64,000 bases of DNA, taken from the NCBI RefSeq assembly GCF_947568905.1, contig NC_079171.1, forward strand, positions 42,780,001 to 42,844,000, read 5' to 3'. Both the position numbers and the translations under genes were made by a program. This DNA comes from Ostrea edulis. Lineage: Eukaryota. The notes under the pieces are model-generated. The model did no database searches, was not told the DNA's origin, and saw nothing but the letters and a program-made list of their open reading frames with translations. Positions within the stretch are counted from its first letter, which is position 1, and each line of letters begins with the position of its first letter. This document shows positions 25,462 through 39,435 of the stretch, piece after piece.

Positions 25462-25610
25462 TTAAGTGTCATGGGATATGCTTACTCCTCCTAGGCACCT
25501 GATCCCACCTCTGGTGTGTTCAGGGGTCCGTGTTTACCCAATTTTCTATTTTGTATTGCTTATCGAAGTTATGAGATTGATCACTGTTCGTTATATTCAC
25601 CTTTCATATA
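25462..25610 (+). mobile_element. Penelope-like 3' end fragment
   Basis: atgcttactcctcctaggcacctgatcccacctctgg...; absent in unit B (about 41110). Confidence 0.6.
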
Positions 25611-26101
25611 ACAATTAACACCTTGGTAGACCCTGGTCACTCCAGGTAAATAACATCTATTTAGATTAGGCTCCGCCTACATTTTCACTGACCGTACGGT
25701 CATGAGATGGGTCTTTAAACACGTTTTCTCAGATGGCCTGAATACTACTGATTTATCAGTATTTATTTTGAATGTAATATCTTTTAATGCACGTCCACCA
25801 GATTTCTAAAGATTTTCGCTGTTCGTCTTGAATGTAAATAATTCATCAAACAATATACCGAGATGCTTATAAAATTATGAATATTCAGGTCGACCTTTTA
25901 TTTTGAATACATGATCACTTCTTTGCTGTTTTTTGTTGGAAGTGTTGGTTGAGTTTATGCATATTCTCCACACTTTACAATATTGAACATTGTGTCCTTG
26001 TCGGCCTCATTAATTTGTTTGGCGAGGAGGGGGTGTAATTTGATCAAGCCATAAGTTCACCGTTCATCCAACTGTTACAATTACATATAATGAATACTTA
26101 C

Positions 26102-26167
26102 ATCTGAATAGATTTGATCGTTCATTACAGTCAATGGAATCTGTAAATTGCCCTGGCAGGTTGTTGT
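26102..26167 (-). CDS. Copy A tail exon b (TTTCQGNLQIPLTVMNDQIYSD)
   Basis: ctattctgcag acceptor, gtaagt donor, 66 nt, phase 0-0. Confidence 0.75.
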
Positions 26168-26393
26168 CTGCAGAATAGAATTATGAAGTATTACGATAAA
26201 AGGACAAGAACAACGTAGCTTGTACTGTATTCACATCCCGGGAGGCGTAATTTCTGATCTCAGAGGGTAACAATGTGATATCGAAATGTTTTCAGAGCAA
26301 TTAGATTTGACTAAATTACATGCAAGTATAATGAAAATAAATAAATAAAAGAAATTCCTTCTGTCACAAAAAGTTATTGAATAGAACATTTAC

Positions 26394-26456
26394 ACCCGAG
26401 TAGATTTGATCTCTCATTACAGTCAATGACACATGTGCATTACCCTCCATTTTTAT
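26394..26456 (-). CDS. Copy A tail exon a (IKMEGNAHVSLTVMRDQIYSG)
   Basis: tttcattcggcag acceptor, gtaaat donor, 63 nt. Confidence 0.68.
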
Positions 26457-28675
26457 CTGCCGAATGAAAGTATTAAGCAAAGATGTTTTTTTAATTTGTC
26501 TTTTTCAAAGTATCGTCCTACAAATATCACATCAAGTTACCATATAGAAGAATACGTTTATGCAAGAATTAAAAATACATTCTCAATGCAAGATAAACAT
26601 AACTGCTATTTTCGCTTATCTACTTAAAAATAAACCGGTGATAAATCGAGTTATCATATAGAAGATGAAATATTATTTTTCAAATAATATGCTTGATGTG
26701 ATCATTGTTAACACTTGGCTAATTTGTCTAGTCATGACTACATGGTGTACAAACATGTATCATGTTATGTAGCCTGTGTTATGTGATCATCTTGTTTAGT
26801 TTCTTGATCACAAGTGAAGGACATGTATCTATTTTACACGTTATGTCTTCTTCTTGTCGTTGGCCTCTACACTTGGATCATCAGTGATCATAAACAATAA
26901 TTTTAGCTGATTCGGAGATATATTTTTATCCACCCTCATCAGCACCCAATGAAATAATGATTAAGTGTCACGTGATCATGTATTTAGTTGTAGCTGTCCA
27001 AGTGAAAGGAAGTATTAATGTTTATGTGATTATAGAGGGAAATTTCCCCTCCACCACCCCAATCTTAACACTTTAATTGAAATGTAATGTGTGCCACGTC
27101 ATCTTACTGTATATCAGTTTTTTACGGATTGCTTTGTACCTGTTACTATAATTGTGTTGTGTGGCAATTTTTTTTTAGGTGCCAATTCATTTTTCTATTT
27201 TATCATGTTTGTCTTTTTCGAGATTTATAAAAATTAGGGAGATCCCTATGTCATTCTTGTCTAGGTTGTCTGAGTTGTAGTTTTGATACTCGGGTATCTC
27301 CCTATCATAAGGGTTGTAAATAAGTTGTCAACTTCTTCAATCGGCCTTAATAAATGACAATTTTCAACCAACAATATGTATTCCATCGTTAATTGCCAAG
27401 AAAAATAACAAAGCTTCGGGACATGGGAAAACCATTTTCTTTGAATAGTATTTCATATTCTTATGAAAATGGGGAGCTTAAATAAGTTTATGTAAAGAAT
27501 TAAAAAGACATTATCAATGCAAGATAAATATAACTGCTATTTTTGCTTATCTACTCAAAAATAAACTGGTGATAAACCTAGTCAAACGTCCAAATGTAAT
27601 TGCTATGAGATAAACAGCACAACTTAGATTTGATTTCTATTGACTTTATCTGATAAGTTGAAATATTACAATTACAAAGCTTGTCTGGGAGGTTCAACTA
27701 GTTGATTAAAGCAAATATAAAATTACCCTATACAGATTTCTTTATATATTCACTTCTAAACATAGTGTACCGATTGTGAAATAGGTTTTGTGCGGATTAT
27801 TATTCACAGTTGATATAACTGTTGAACATCGCCTGTACATTATTTGTTTTATGTAGAAAATTATTTTAGCCATGCTTTATTTTCCATATTGATAATGTAG
27901 CATTGAATGTCTCTGAGATATAAATGTCATACTAAAGGTAAAACAAATCTGAAAGATATATGCATATACAGAATAAAATAACATTTAACCCTCCAATATG
28001 ACAGTGTTAAAAAACCGTACACGTCTAAACATTTCATGCATAAAAAGGGAAAAGTCATCAATCTAGAAATACCAGAGGTTGGATCAGGTACCTAGGTGGA
28101 TAATGCATTATCTGCTGGTCCACTATCTATATCAGGCAAACGGAGTAAAGCGTAGTACAAATCGGTGTGAAAACAATAGTCTAACAATTGTTATGAAACA
28201 TAACAAAAGGGATTCGACCTAGTGATAGCTTGTATTCGCAAATAACATAATTATAACGCCCATAAAATTTGCGAACTGCTGACTTTACAGGAGACTTTTG
28301 AAACCCATGAAACATCAACTTATTTGTCAGTAGTCTAGATTTCAAAAAAATGATTATATGTAGATTATACTCTCGTGTACCTAATCAGTTGAAAGACACA
28401 AATACCATACATGCGTAATGATGGGGCGTAGACAATATTCATCTTATTCAAAATGTAAAAATATATGTACGAAAATTCAATATGATTTTAAACTAGAGAA
28501 CAAGACCTTTTCAAGATGTTTGAAAATTTGTCAAAAATGATGACATAACAGTCAAAACCTCACAGTCAAAACTGAACACTATGCAGGTTGTTGCTATTTC
28601 TTCATCACGCTCGCGATTGTGAATATTAGTAAATGAACAATGATTAATGTGATAGATCCTTTAAACAATACCAAA

Positions 28676-28995
28676 TCAAGGGCAAATGCGGACCCCAATC
28701 ATACCAGAGTTGATATCAGGTGCGGAGGAGGAGAAAATATCTCCTTTTGACAAACAACACCAGATGTGAGCCATGTACCTTGATCAGATAATTGGAAAAT
28801 TCCGTACTCAAAATCAATGTGTAAAGAACGGCCAACCAACTGGTATGAACAATTTCAGACAACATTTGACCCAATGGCAGTGGGTATTTTCAAATTAAAT
28901 TATTAGAACGACCGTAGAATTTGCGGTATTCTGACTTTAAACTAGATCGTTGAAACCCATACATCATCAATTTATTTGTCAGTAGCCTGCCTCGA
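28676..28995 (-). mobile_element. Older Penelope-like 3' fragment
   Basis: Diverged match to 33204-33530; ortholog at about 43925-44245. Confidence 0.5.
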
Positions 28996-29214
28996 ATTTA
29001 AAATTTATCCTTTGCAAAACATGTTTCCAGGTATTGAACCAATTGATATCATATGAAACAATATGCATATAAAAATTGAATATTGTTACACAAATACGGA
29101 AAGGTAACGATGGAGAAACTGAAGTAATATCGCTTGCCAAAAAAGTTGTGTTGTTCGTCTTCCGTAAACATCTGTCCTCAATAAACTATCAAACATGAAG
29201 CAGACGTAAAAAAA

Positions 29215-29562
29215 AAATTGATTGTTTTTTTTTTGTTTTTGTTTTTTACGTCCCATCGATAATTCTTCATTCATACTGAGACGTCACCAGCCGTAAGTGA
29301 AATAACACAAAGTTAGACATATGCTTAACGTTTAGGGTCGTAGCAGTAAGGGTGCTTTATCGTGTCAACGCCTGTCGCAACACGATACCTCCGTTCTCAA
29401 AGTCATATCCGAAATACACTTCTCACTGCCGAACGTTTGGTGAAGGAGCAATTACTATCTATTTTAACGTGTTAAGTTTGAGTCGGTGATGACACGAACG
29501 GGGCTCGAACTCATCACCTCTCAGTTGAGCAGTGAACGCTCTACCACTGAGCTACCGCGATC
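29215..29562 (-). mobile_element. tRNA-derived SINE
   Basis: Head gatcgcggtagctcagtggtagagc...gagttcgagccc (A/B boxes); same position as the 13940-14287 SINE. Confidence 0.78.
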
Positions 29563-29770
29563 AAATTTAGAAAACCGTGTAATGTACTTTGTATCCAGTT
29601 CACTGGGATATATCCATTCAACATATGAAAAAAGTGAACGTTTATGTTTATAAAGTTTTAATTGACAATACTAGTAAAATGTAAGCATTTTGATCATCAG
29701 ACTTTTTATTGTCACACACTGTGATATATACTTGTATATTAGAATAAAATCTTGGAAGTAGAACACTTAC

Positions 29771-29836
29771 CTCTGAGGAGATGTAATCATTCACTACAAG
29801 CAATGGTTTACGTGTATTGTTCTTGGAAGTTGCCAT
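29771..29836 (-). CDS. Copy A exon c1 (MATSKNNTRKPLLVVNDYISSE)
   Basis: ttttgtag|ATG acceptor, GAG|gtaagt donor, 66 nt. Confidence 0.68.
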
Positions 29837-31242
29837 CTACAAAATATCAGTATTACGAGTACTCATGAGCAGAAAATTATTTGGGAGTTATATATTTTAA
29901 ATGTATATGCAAGATGACTAATGCAAATAAAATTATCAAAAATGTCATAAGTTGTTCATTTGAATCTATCTTCCTCATTTTCATATTTTAAATACGGTAT
30001 GATACATCATCCATACATCCTTTTAGAATTTCGTTTAGAAACAGTTACAATTTTTCGAATCCAATAATCAGATGAAAAAATCCATTAAGAGAAACTAAGG
30101 TTGTATGAAATCTTACAAAGGAGTAGCGTAACTTAAACACAAAGACAATACTTTACAAACCAATGAAGATCAATACCACATGACTGACATCAAGTGTAAT
30201 CATAAAAATTCTGAAAAACTTTGCAAGTTTAAGATTTTAGCCCGCTGTACATTTCACAACAGTCACAAATATCTGTACAATATATCTCTCCACTTGTAAT
30301 AAAACTTTAAGTAATAAAAAAACATCCATATGAAAATATTGCATACAATTCTTTGGAACTTATATATATTAAATTCATATGCAAGATGCCTAATGCAAAT
30401 AACATTATCAAAAATGTCATAAGTTGTTAATACTACTCTATCTTTATCATATTTTAAATACGGTATTATATATCATCCATATATCATTTCAGAATCCCAT
30501 GTAGAAACAATTACAATTTTTCGAATCCAACAACATGATGAGAACATCCATTAACAGAACATAATCTTGTATGAAATCGTACAAAGGAGTAACGTAACTT
30601 AAATTTTAAAGCAGTATTTCATAAATCAAAGATTTCATACCACGTGACTGACATAAAGTGTAATCATCAAAATTCGGAAAATGTTTGCAATTTTAGGGTT
30701 TTAACCCTTGGTACATCTCACAACAGTCACAGATACAAGTAAAATATATTTCTTGATTTGTAATGAAATCGTAACCGGTAGAAAGACATGCATATGAAAA
30801 TATTGCTTAAATGCAATGTAATGTTCCCTTATGAGAATATGCATCATAAAGAAGACTAACATCGATGTATTTACCACATATATTTCTTAGAAAACTCCAA
30901 ATAAACAGATCAAATTATGAATATATTATACACAACATAGATTTCCCAGCGTATCCGATTTGTAAAAGTCGTTTATGGCGCGATGAAGACCACCAATTAT
31001 ACTGCATTTTGAAATTTCACTTCGGGGAAGTTTGATTAGTATTCCGGAAAAAATAATTCTCTTCACCTTTATCTACAGTAAGGGAAATACAAACTCTGAA
31101 GCGTAGTACTTCACCACTTGCACGGACCGGTACGAAACGATACTAGTAAAACGTAAGCATTTTGATCATCAGACTTTTTATTGTCACACACTGTGAGATA
31201 TAATTGTATATTAGGATAAATTGTCTGAAGGAGAACACTTAC

Positions 31243-31308
31243 CTCTGAGGGGATGTAATCATTCAGTACAAGCAATGGTTTACGTGCATTGTTCTTGGGA
31301 GTTGCCAT
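31243..31308 (-). CDS. Copy A exon c2, a tandem duplicate (MATPKNNARKPLLVLNDYIPSE)
   Basis: ttttatag|ATG acceptor, GAG|gtaagt donor; part of a roughly 1.47-kb local duplication. Confidence 0.6.
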
Positions 31309-33203
31309 CTATAAAATATCAGTATTACGAGTACTTATGAGCGGAAAATTCTTTGGAAGTTATAGATGTTAAATTCATATGCAAGATGCCTAATGCAAAT
31401 AAAATTATCAAAATGTCACGCATTGTTAATATGACTCTATCATTTTCATATTTTAAATACGGTATCATATATCATTTCAGAGTTTCATATAGAAATAGTT
31501 ACAATTTTTGAGTCCAATAAATAGATTAGAACATGCATTATTAAAAACTAAGCTTGTATGAAATCTTGCAAAGGAGTAGCAGAGCTTAAACTTTAAATCG
31601 GTACTTTACAAATCAATGAAGATTAATACTTTATGACTGACATAATTTGTAGTCATTAAAATTCGGAAATTCTTCGCAATGCTAGGATTTCAACCCTGTG
31701 TACATCTCACATCAGTCACAAATATAAGTGCAAAATAACTATATATTTATAATGAGACCTTCACCGATAGAAAGACATGGATATGAAGGTATTGCTTAAA
31801 TGTAATGCAATGTTACCTTAGGAGAATACTGCATCATAAAGAAGACTAACGTCGATGTATTTACCACATATATTTCTTAGATAACTAAAAATAAACAGAT
31901 CAAATTATGAATATATTATACACAACATGAATTTTTCAAAGTATCCAATTTGTAAAAGCCGTTTAAGGCACAATGAAGACCGCCAATAATACTGTATTTT
32001 CATTAGTATTCAGGAAAAATAATGCGCTTGGCCTTTATCTGCGATAGGGGAAATATAGACCCTGAAGCGTAGTACTGCACCACTTACACGGACCGGTAAG
32101 AAACGATTTTTGCAGATAATAGTTTGCTCGATACGGTGAACGGTTTGCATGGAATGGTGAACGGTTTACACGGAACCCTTCGCATGAGATGCTATCCATT
32201 TTGTAGGTGTGGCCTGCACGCTTTGTGAACGGTATGCAGGAAACAACAGGCATGGCCTGCATGCTTTGATTTTCCGGCATCATATGTTCTTCCTAGGGTT
32301 AGTTTAAACAAGACCTTATATCAATGTAATGGTAATTCTAGATATTAAAAAAGACTGAGAAAGAAATTATTATGATCCATATTAAAATGTTTGCTCATTT
32401 AGATGGCAGTATTTTTTTTTACTTATCAGCTCATTGACCACACTGAGATAAAACAGATGAATCTTCGAAAATGAAAGAAAAAGATGCAAAAATGTATCGT
32501 CATGTCATATTGACTATTCAACCTTTATTGATCCGTTGGTCTGTTAAATTTGGATGGTTCAAATCTAGGTTTTGTTTCCTTTACTACCCTACTTTTTCAT
32601 GGACTTTTTTGACCACTTTTACTTCCAGTAAAGATTCACATTGTATTTTATCGCATTATTGCACTTGTTTTTGTTTTTGTAACAATATTGAGAACGATGT
32701 TGTGTAATACAATTATACATTGCATTTCTAGTCAATACATGTATGCGTTTTTATCTCCCTGTGAATTTCATTCTGTATTTTTAGGACCCAGATTTTTCGT
32801 CATTTTATATAAATGACAAACTTTTACACCTAACATGTCTTTCTGTTACGATTCTACATTGGAGGAAAATGTATTCATTTCTGAGCGAAAAAGCTTATAC
32901 ACTCCCCTTTGTCATATTTCAATTATCCCCTCCAATTTCCACACCGTCTGTACAAATATCAAATTCAAATACCCGGATTAGCTGACCTTTATTAAGAAAA
33001 AAAGAACCATAAAATTTGCGTATATATAAGTATTTTATTAAGTTATACACAGGTTGGTTTTTGCATTATACAGAAAGTTCCGATAAACAATTTTGTATGG
33101 AAATATATTAATTTGAAAGAAAAATTAACTTGAAGTAAGTGCAACAAGACAAATTATTCCTATATACAAAAATAATAATAAAAACTAACCAAGCAGATAA
33201 ATA

Positions 33204-33530
33204 GATAGTTGGGCAAACACGGACCCCTGGACACACCAGAGGTGGGATCAAGTGCCTAGGAGGAGTAAGCATCCCCTGTTGACCGGTCACACCCGTCGTG
33301 AACCCCATATCCTGATCAGGTAAACGGAGTTATCCGCAGTCAAATCAGTTTGCCAAGAACGGCTTAACTATCGGTATGAAACACGTCAGACAGCATTTGA
33401 CCCAATGCGAGGTTGTATTGACGAACTAGATCGTTATAACGACCATAGAATTTGCGAAATGCTGACTTCAATCGAGACTGTTGAAATCCCTGTACCATCA
33501 ACTTGTTTGTCAGTAGCTCACCTCGATTTA
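33204..33530 (-). mobile_element. Penelope-like 3' fragment (young)
   Basis: Encodes LLTNKLMVQGFQQSRLKSAFRKFYGRYNDLVRQYNLALGQMLSDVFH plus a 3' UTR; absent in unit B. Confidence 0.7.
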
Positions 33531-33589
33531 ATTACATCAGAGACCATGTGGACTTTTGAAGAGGGAGTGGAAAGAATTTACTAGTAGAA

Positions 33590-33770
33590 AGTTAGAGATG
33601 CCATAAAATTAGAAAGATATATATCAAGTTCATTAGACATTTGGGCGAGGGTTTATTGACTAAATCACATGATTTTCTCAGTAATTTAAGATGATTGACT
33701 ATTTTCATCATTGCTTTCTTATTTTCATTAGCTTCGTTTAAAAGCCGAAATCTCGAGGATGTTGAACATC
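33590..33770 (-). mobile_element. Crypton-like (tyrosine recombinase/DUF3504-type) N-terminal relic
   Basis: SRFRLL...ENKKAMMKIVNHLKLL resembles the SRF...NKNT..KT...LKLF start of Crypton-derived proteins; better-preserved paralog at 50590-50790. Confidence 0.4.
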
Positions 33771-33871
33771 TTGTTGTCATGATTAAGAAGACGAATTCAA
33801 TATTCATCCGCATAACTATGTCACGTGATATGGAAGATACATATGTATTAATATCTTTCATACATTTCTTT

Positions 33872-33977
33872 CACAAACAAGTTGATGGTACAGGGATTTC
33901 AACAGTCTCGATTGAAGTCAGCATTTCGCAAATTCTATGGCCATTATAATGATCTAGTTCGTCAATACAACCTTGCA
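33872..33977 (+). mobile_element. About 100-bp Penelope-like fragment, inverted relative to 33204-33530
   Basis: Near-perfect reverse complement of about 33408-33510. Confidence 0.7.
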
Positions 33978-34369
33978 TATGTATATTGCATACACTAATC
34001 CACGGTTTCCAAGGACAACATGGACTTCAATATTGTAAACCCGCAAAGGGCAACCTCATCTGATGTATCAGTGCCTACATCAAACATTGAGAGAGAACCT
34101 ATTGAGACACCGTCACCGAGCACATATCTCATTCCAATTAGATCATGAGTTATTGAACACAATATCATCCTTTATCTCACAACTGTTAATTTCCAAAGAA
34201 CATGAGCCAGTAGACACAAATTTTATTGATAGAAACAAAATAACGTCTTTCTGTTACCGAATCTGACCCCCCCCCCCAAGAAGCTTAATTAAAGTAGCAC
34301 GCCATCACTCCCAGTAAGTATGTGACAGAATAAAGTAATCTTAGTAAAGGGGACATAATGCAGAATATG

Positions 34370-34960
34370 AGTGATCATTCCCATTCCAAACTCAGAGTTA
34401 TCAATTCCAGTATAACAAGACGTACTAAATAGGAAATACAATGGCTACAGCGCAGACTTAGGGTCTGATTTCGTAAATGGGATAAAGAGTTTCCTTCGGT
34501 TGCAATCCAACTCCTATCTCTGCCATAACAAACAACCATAGTTCAGCCTTAAAACATAAAACATGTAACATTTAAAGGATTCCAAACAATAATGATATTG
34601 CTTGTTGTTTTCTATGCCCATCCTTTGCACCTTCTATATCATCCCTTTTACGCTTTGCTCCAGAGTCTGCGCCAGGAAAATTCAGAATAATCCATGATCT
34701 CTCTTATCCGAATGATTTTTCTGTCAATACCCAGACAAAACCCAAATAGTGTATTATTGCACAACTGATTATTCAACTAATTCAGGACTATGGCGATTTA
34801 TACTTAATAATAAAAAGAAAAAAGAACCCGGATATATAGGATACATTTAAAACGTTCCTGTTAACCCATCTGACTATCATATCTAAGTTTTTTTTAAAAT
34901 GTTGAATTGGTTTGATGTTAAGTTTATATTACTGATTATCAGATGGCGTCCTCCTTAGGC
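34370..34960 (+). mobile_element. DIRS/Ngaro-like retrotransposon RT relic
   Basis: GKFRIIHDLSYPNDFSVN; IQLIQDYG; PVNPSDYH. Confidence 0.65.
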
Positions 34961-36744
34961 TCGTGAAAGAGTGCGAACTTATGCGGGTTGTATCAATACC
35001 GTAAAGGAAGAAGTATTTGTTTAAAAACATAATTTGTTGTTCGAAAAAGATAGTATTTACCAATAATATCGTATTATGTAATACACCTAACTCAGAATTT
35101 TATTTGTTCTGTAAGCCTAATATAGATTTCACATCCCCTTAACAACGACTAATGAATGCGTAATAATGAAAACCGCTAATCATATGTAAATCGCTATTTA
35201 TTGAAATGGCAATATACAAGCAATACAACCAAAGAGGAGATCCTATCAAGCACGTTTCTCTTAGAAAAGGTGTACAAAAATAACCCCCAGTGTTACAATA
35301 CAATCCATGTTAGACATAGCACTTTCAAGTCAAGAAGTTTATATGGTGTGGTATACATGCAGAAAAAATGGCATTCAAAATAAAAAAAACAAAACAACAA
35401 CACAGAAAGCAAAAGGAAAAAGAAATCGCTTGTAAACAATAAACCACTGATGTGAGAATGATATAGTTACATTTCATAATATATTTGCCAAAACTCTTTT
35501 AACAACAATTCATAGAATATTTACCAAAACACTGTTGTGACTACCAAAACACCTTAAACTACAATTCATAAGATATTTACAAAAACATTTTAATTACAAT
35601 TCATAAAACGTTAACAAAAACATTTTAATTACAATTCATAAAACGTTTACAAAAACAATTTTAACTACAATTCATAAAATATTGATAAAAACACTTTTAT
35701 TACGATACTATATTTACATTTCATAGAATATTTACCAAAACAATGTCATGCCAATGATATATCCATATTTCGAAAATTATTTACAAATAACACTGATATC
35801 TTCATTTCATAAAATATTGATCAAAACAATGTTATGACAATGCTATGCTTACATTTCATAAAGTATTTACCAAAAAACAATGTTATGACAATGCTATGCT
35901 TAGATTTCATAAATTATTTACCAAAACAATGTTATGACGATGCTATGCTACATTTCATAAAGTATTTTCCAAATCAATTTCATGTCAATGATTTTTCCAT
36001 ATTTCGAAAATTATTGACAAATAACACTGATATCTACATTTGATAGCATATTATGACACTGCTATATCTATATTTCAAAAAAAAAAGAAAGATTCCTATA
36101 GGGTCTCTTATACACCCTGGGTATCAACAGATTCTATATTCAAAGGTATATCTTTACCCGGCTGACCGCGAATAGATATCTAATAGCATGCGATTTCTGA
36201 TTAAGAAATAATTCATATCAATCAACAAAGAAAACTCATCTTACATTTTGATTAACAAAGTGAAGATAGATAAGTGCCCGTAAAACCTACCTCATTGTGT
36301 TTGAAGAGGTGTAACTTCTAAAGTAGGCTATGCTATGAGGAGCTGTAATCAAGTGATTAATGTTTTTACCGATATTATTGATAGTTTCAAATTGTTCACG
36401 TGGAAACAAAGTTTATTCATAACAATATATTTAGCAATTGGAATTCTGTGTGATATTACAATTGTATTACAAATAGATGATCGTTTCTCCTGTGTACATT
36501 TCACATGGTGCTCTACCGTCGCATTTGATATCAGCAACAGTGTATCATATACAATATTATCAATTTTATTCAGGTAAAAAGAAAAGGAAAACTAATAAAG
36601 TATGTATTGAAATATTTAATGGACTGTATGTGGCATGGCAAAGGCAGTACATAGAGATGTTTTTTTCCGTATACAATATATTTATATATGAGATTTTCAT
36701 GGTTTAATCAACAAGTTGAAAAAAAATCAATATGGATGTGGTGA

Positions 36745-38054
36745 TCATGGGACGCATGTGTCCGGTAGCACGACATTTCCTGCAAATCCATGACCGTCGT
36801 TCTTTCTATGACCATATACCAGTAAGCCAAAGACTGCGTTGTTCGTTGTCTTGACGTTAATAGTGCCATCCGACACATGTACCCCCAAAACAATGTACCG
36901 AACTTTTCCTACTGTCACGGGAGTATGAAATGTCCTTATATACTCAGTTAAGCCTCGTTTGTTTAAGTTAAGGTGAGGTAACGAACTTTCTTCAATTATT
37001 AAAACAATATAATTACTTGTAAAATTGCTAGGAGTGATAACTGTATATTTGTTAAGGTACTGCGTGACACCGGGTATGGTTATCATATAAGGATCGCCTG
37101 ACGTGTCTGATCCAGTGGCAAAACTGGTTAAAAGAACGGGTCGTTCTGATTCAATAACAGCAACTTCGTTTTCAGTGATAGAGAATTCAAAGTATCCTTG
37201 TGGAACTAAAGACACTCTTGTTTTCTTATTGCCAACACGATATGTCACCCTGCTTTTAAAAGGCGACACAACTTTCAGAATTGTTCCGTACCTGTTTATG
37301 TTTGGCGGGGCAATATACGTATTATCCAATCTATCAACAGGTGGGATTTGTTCAACAAGTTGACTGCAGGCTCCAGAATTATTTCTGTTTTTGAAAGCTA
37401 TTTTTTGACAACTATTTCCTGAAAACACAGCAATATTAGACGAAGCTTTTATGAATGTTCCAGATAAATCAGCATTATGCCTGATCTGATACGTCTCAAG
37501 CTCATTCAAAGCAATAACCATTTCACTGCCATCCTGATACTCAACCCCATCAACAGAAAGTGTTAAATTGTGTTCAATACGGAATATAATTCTAACTTCT
37601 GTAGAGTTATTTAAGGCGGCTATTGCAAACTGAACCCTATGGTATTTTCTATTGAAATACTCAACACTTGATATTATATAGGTGTCGGATAGGTGTTTCA
37701 CTGGCAAAACCATGGTGCTGTCAGAAGATAATTTGTAATTATCAATAATAATGACGGCAGCGTCAAGTGTGGTTTCTATAAGTATAGCCTTTTTTTCTGC
37801 CTTAAAATACGACAGCATCATCGTATACGGAACATTCATCTTTTTGACCTTCGCCATCTTTGTGTTAACTTCGATGTAAGTGGAAGTGGAGTCTAAGTCT
37901 TTCTTAAAAATGTTCAGCTCAAAATCTCTCTCCGCCACAATGTAGACCGACTTGTCTGTTTTTGGAGCATTGTCATGATTACTAGAGAAACAAATCAGGT
38001 ATCTCCGGTGGATATTTTCTGCCAAAAATACAGAATCTAGAATTTCATATTGCA
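36745..38054 (-). CDS. Copy B terminal exon: FCGBP-N (IgGFc-binding) domain; frame open but splice acceptor altered
   Basis: 449-aa ORF, paralog of A and C; the homologous acceptor reads cagag|TG instead of cctag|AG. Confidence 0.85.
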
Positions 38055-39435
38055 CTCTGTATACAACATCATTGATATTAAAAATGTGGTACATTGTTTA
38101 TAGTACAAATGATATTGAGACGTTTTTTGCGTTGCTCTATTAAAATAAAACCCATGTTAGCATTGTATGGTACAAATAGACCATTGCTCTTTTGGTTTGA
38201 CTTACCACTAGTGTCTCGTGATTTGATGTCAATAGTACTGAAAGGCTTGTTAGGGCAAACCAACTGTCTTTGATTTGTTTGTGCTGATAAATATATAATA
38301 TATAAATAAGTTGATAACAAAATAAATAAGTCAATAAACAGAAAAATGCAAAGAATAAAAACTGTTTAAAAGCATTCTTTCTCTCGCAACTTCAGTTTAT
38401 TGATAAAATGTTGCAAAATCCTTTTAGATCCGTGTTTACCAATCATTAATGTTATCAGTTAATAAATACATTTAACATCATATCTTATACATGCTTTGAT
38501 CAAATGTTGTACGTTATGAGTGATCACTAATAACCGAGTTGTGGACTGTATCTGCTTTTTCGTTCGTCAGTATGTGATCTTTAGACACAACGTTTGCACA
38601 AGTGTGTTTGATACCATTATGAAGGACATTAGTTCCATGTATTTTATATAGTAATACAGATACATATTTTGAATGCTGCATTGAAGCTACAATTTATCCT
38701 CTTTTGAATTGCAAAAACTAAATGTATGCATTTACCACCATTGAACTTGAGATAACCCGCTTTCTGAGGTTTAAAAGTGTATAAATGCTATCCGTAATAA
38801 GTGTGGCATAATTTTCGGATAAGCAGTTAAGTGGCAAAATTTTCTCACTTTTGCTTTTATAACTGTTGAGGCACTATTTACCTGTCACATTATGAATCGT
38901 TGTACACTACGCATTCATTCACTGTTAACTTTCATTATAAGGTAACCAATAAACATATAAACTTCACTCGAAGTTTACCAAAAGACTTATGAATTGGTAA
39001 TGGATAAAAAGGGATTTTTTAAAAAAAAAATTTTGTTCAACTGTAAAGAATAAAGAGAGTACATATGTACACTATTCTGCCTAAATAATTATGGAACATG
39101 TTTCGTGTATTTTTGGGGTAAGTGTACTCTGCAAATGGATAATATTACGACAAAATTACTTCTAACATTTGCTGTTTATGGTTAGGGTTTTCTATTTTGA
39201 TGTTTCATTGAAAGGAATATAACATAAGTAGGTAAAGGAAATTCAGTAAATCATACACAATACGTGTTTATAAACATATTTCACATTTGTTGAAGTTTAA
39301 TAATTGGATATTTATTTTGGAATTTCCAATAAGTAAAATGAGATTGTAATGAAAATATTACAGATGAAGTTTTGGGAAAGATACATCGTTGTGTGTGTAG
39401 TATAGATATAATGCTTTACATGCAAATTGTGATAC

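Noticed and set aside
29490-29562. tRNA-like sequences here, at 14215-14287 and at 44730-44800
   Set aside because: A and B boxes are present, but I could not form a complete cloverleaf, and each is followed by a shared body and tail, so they are SINE heads.
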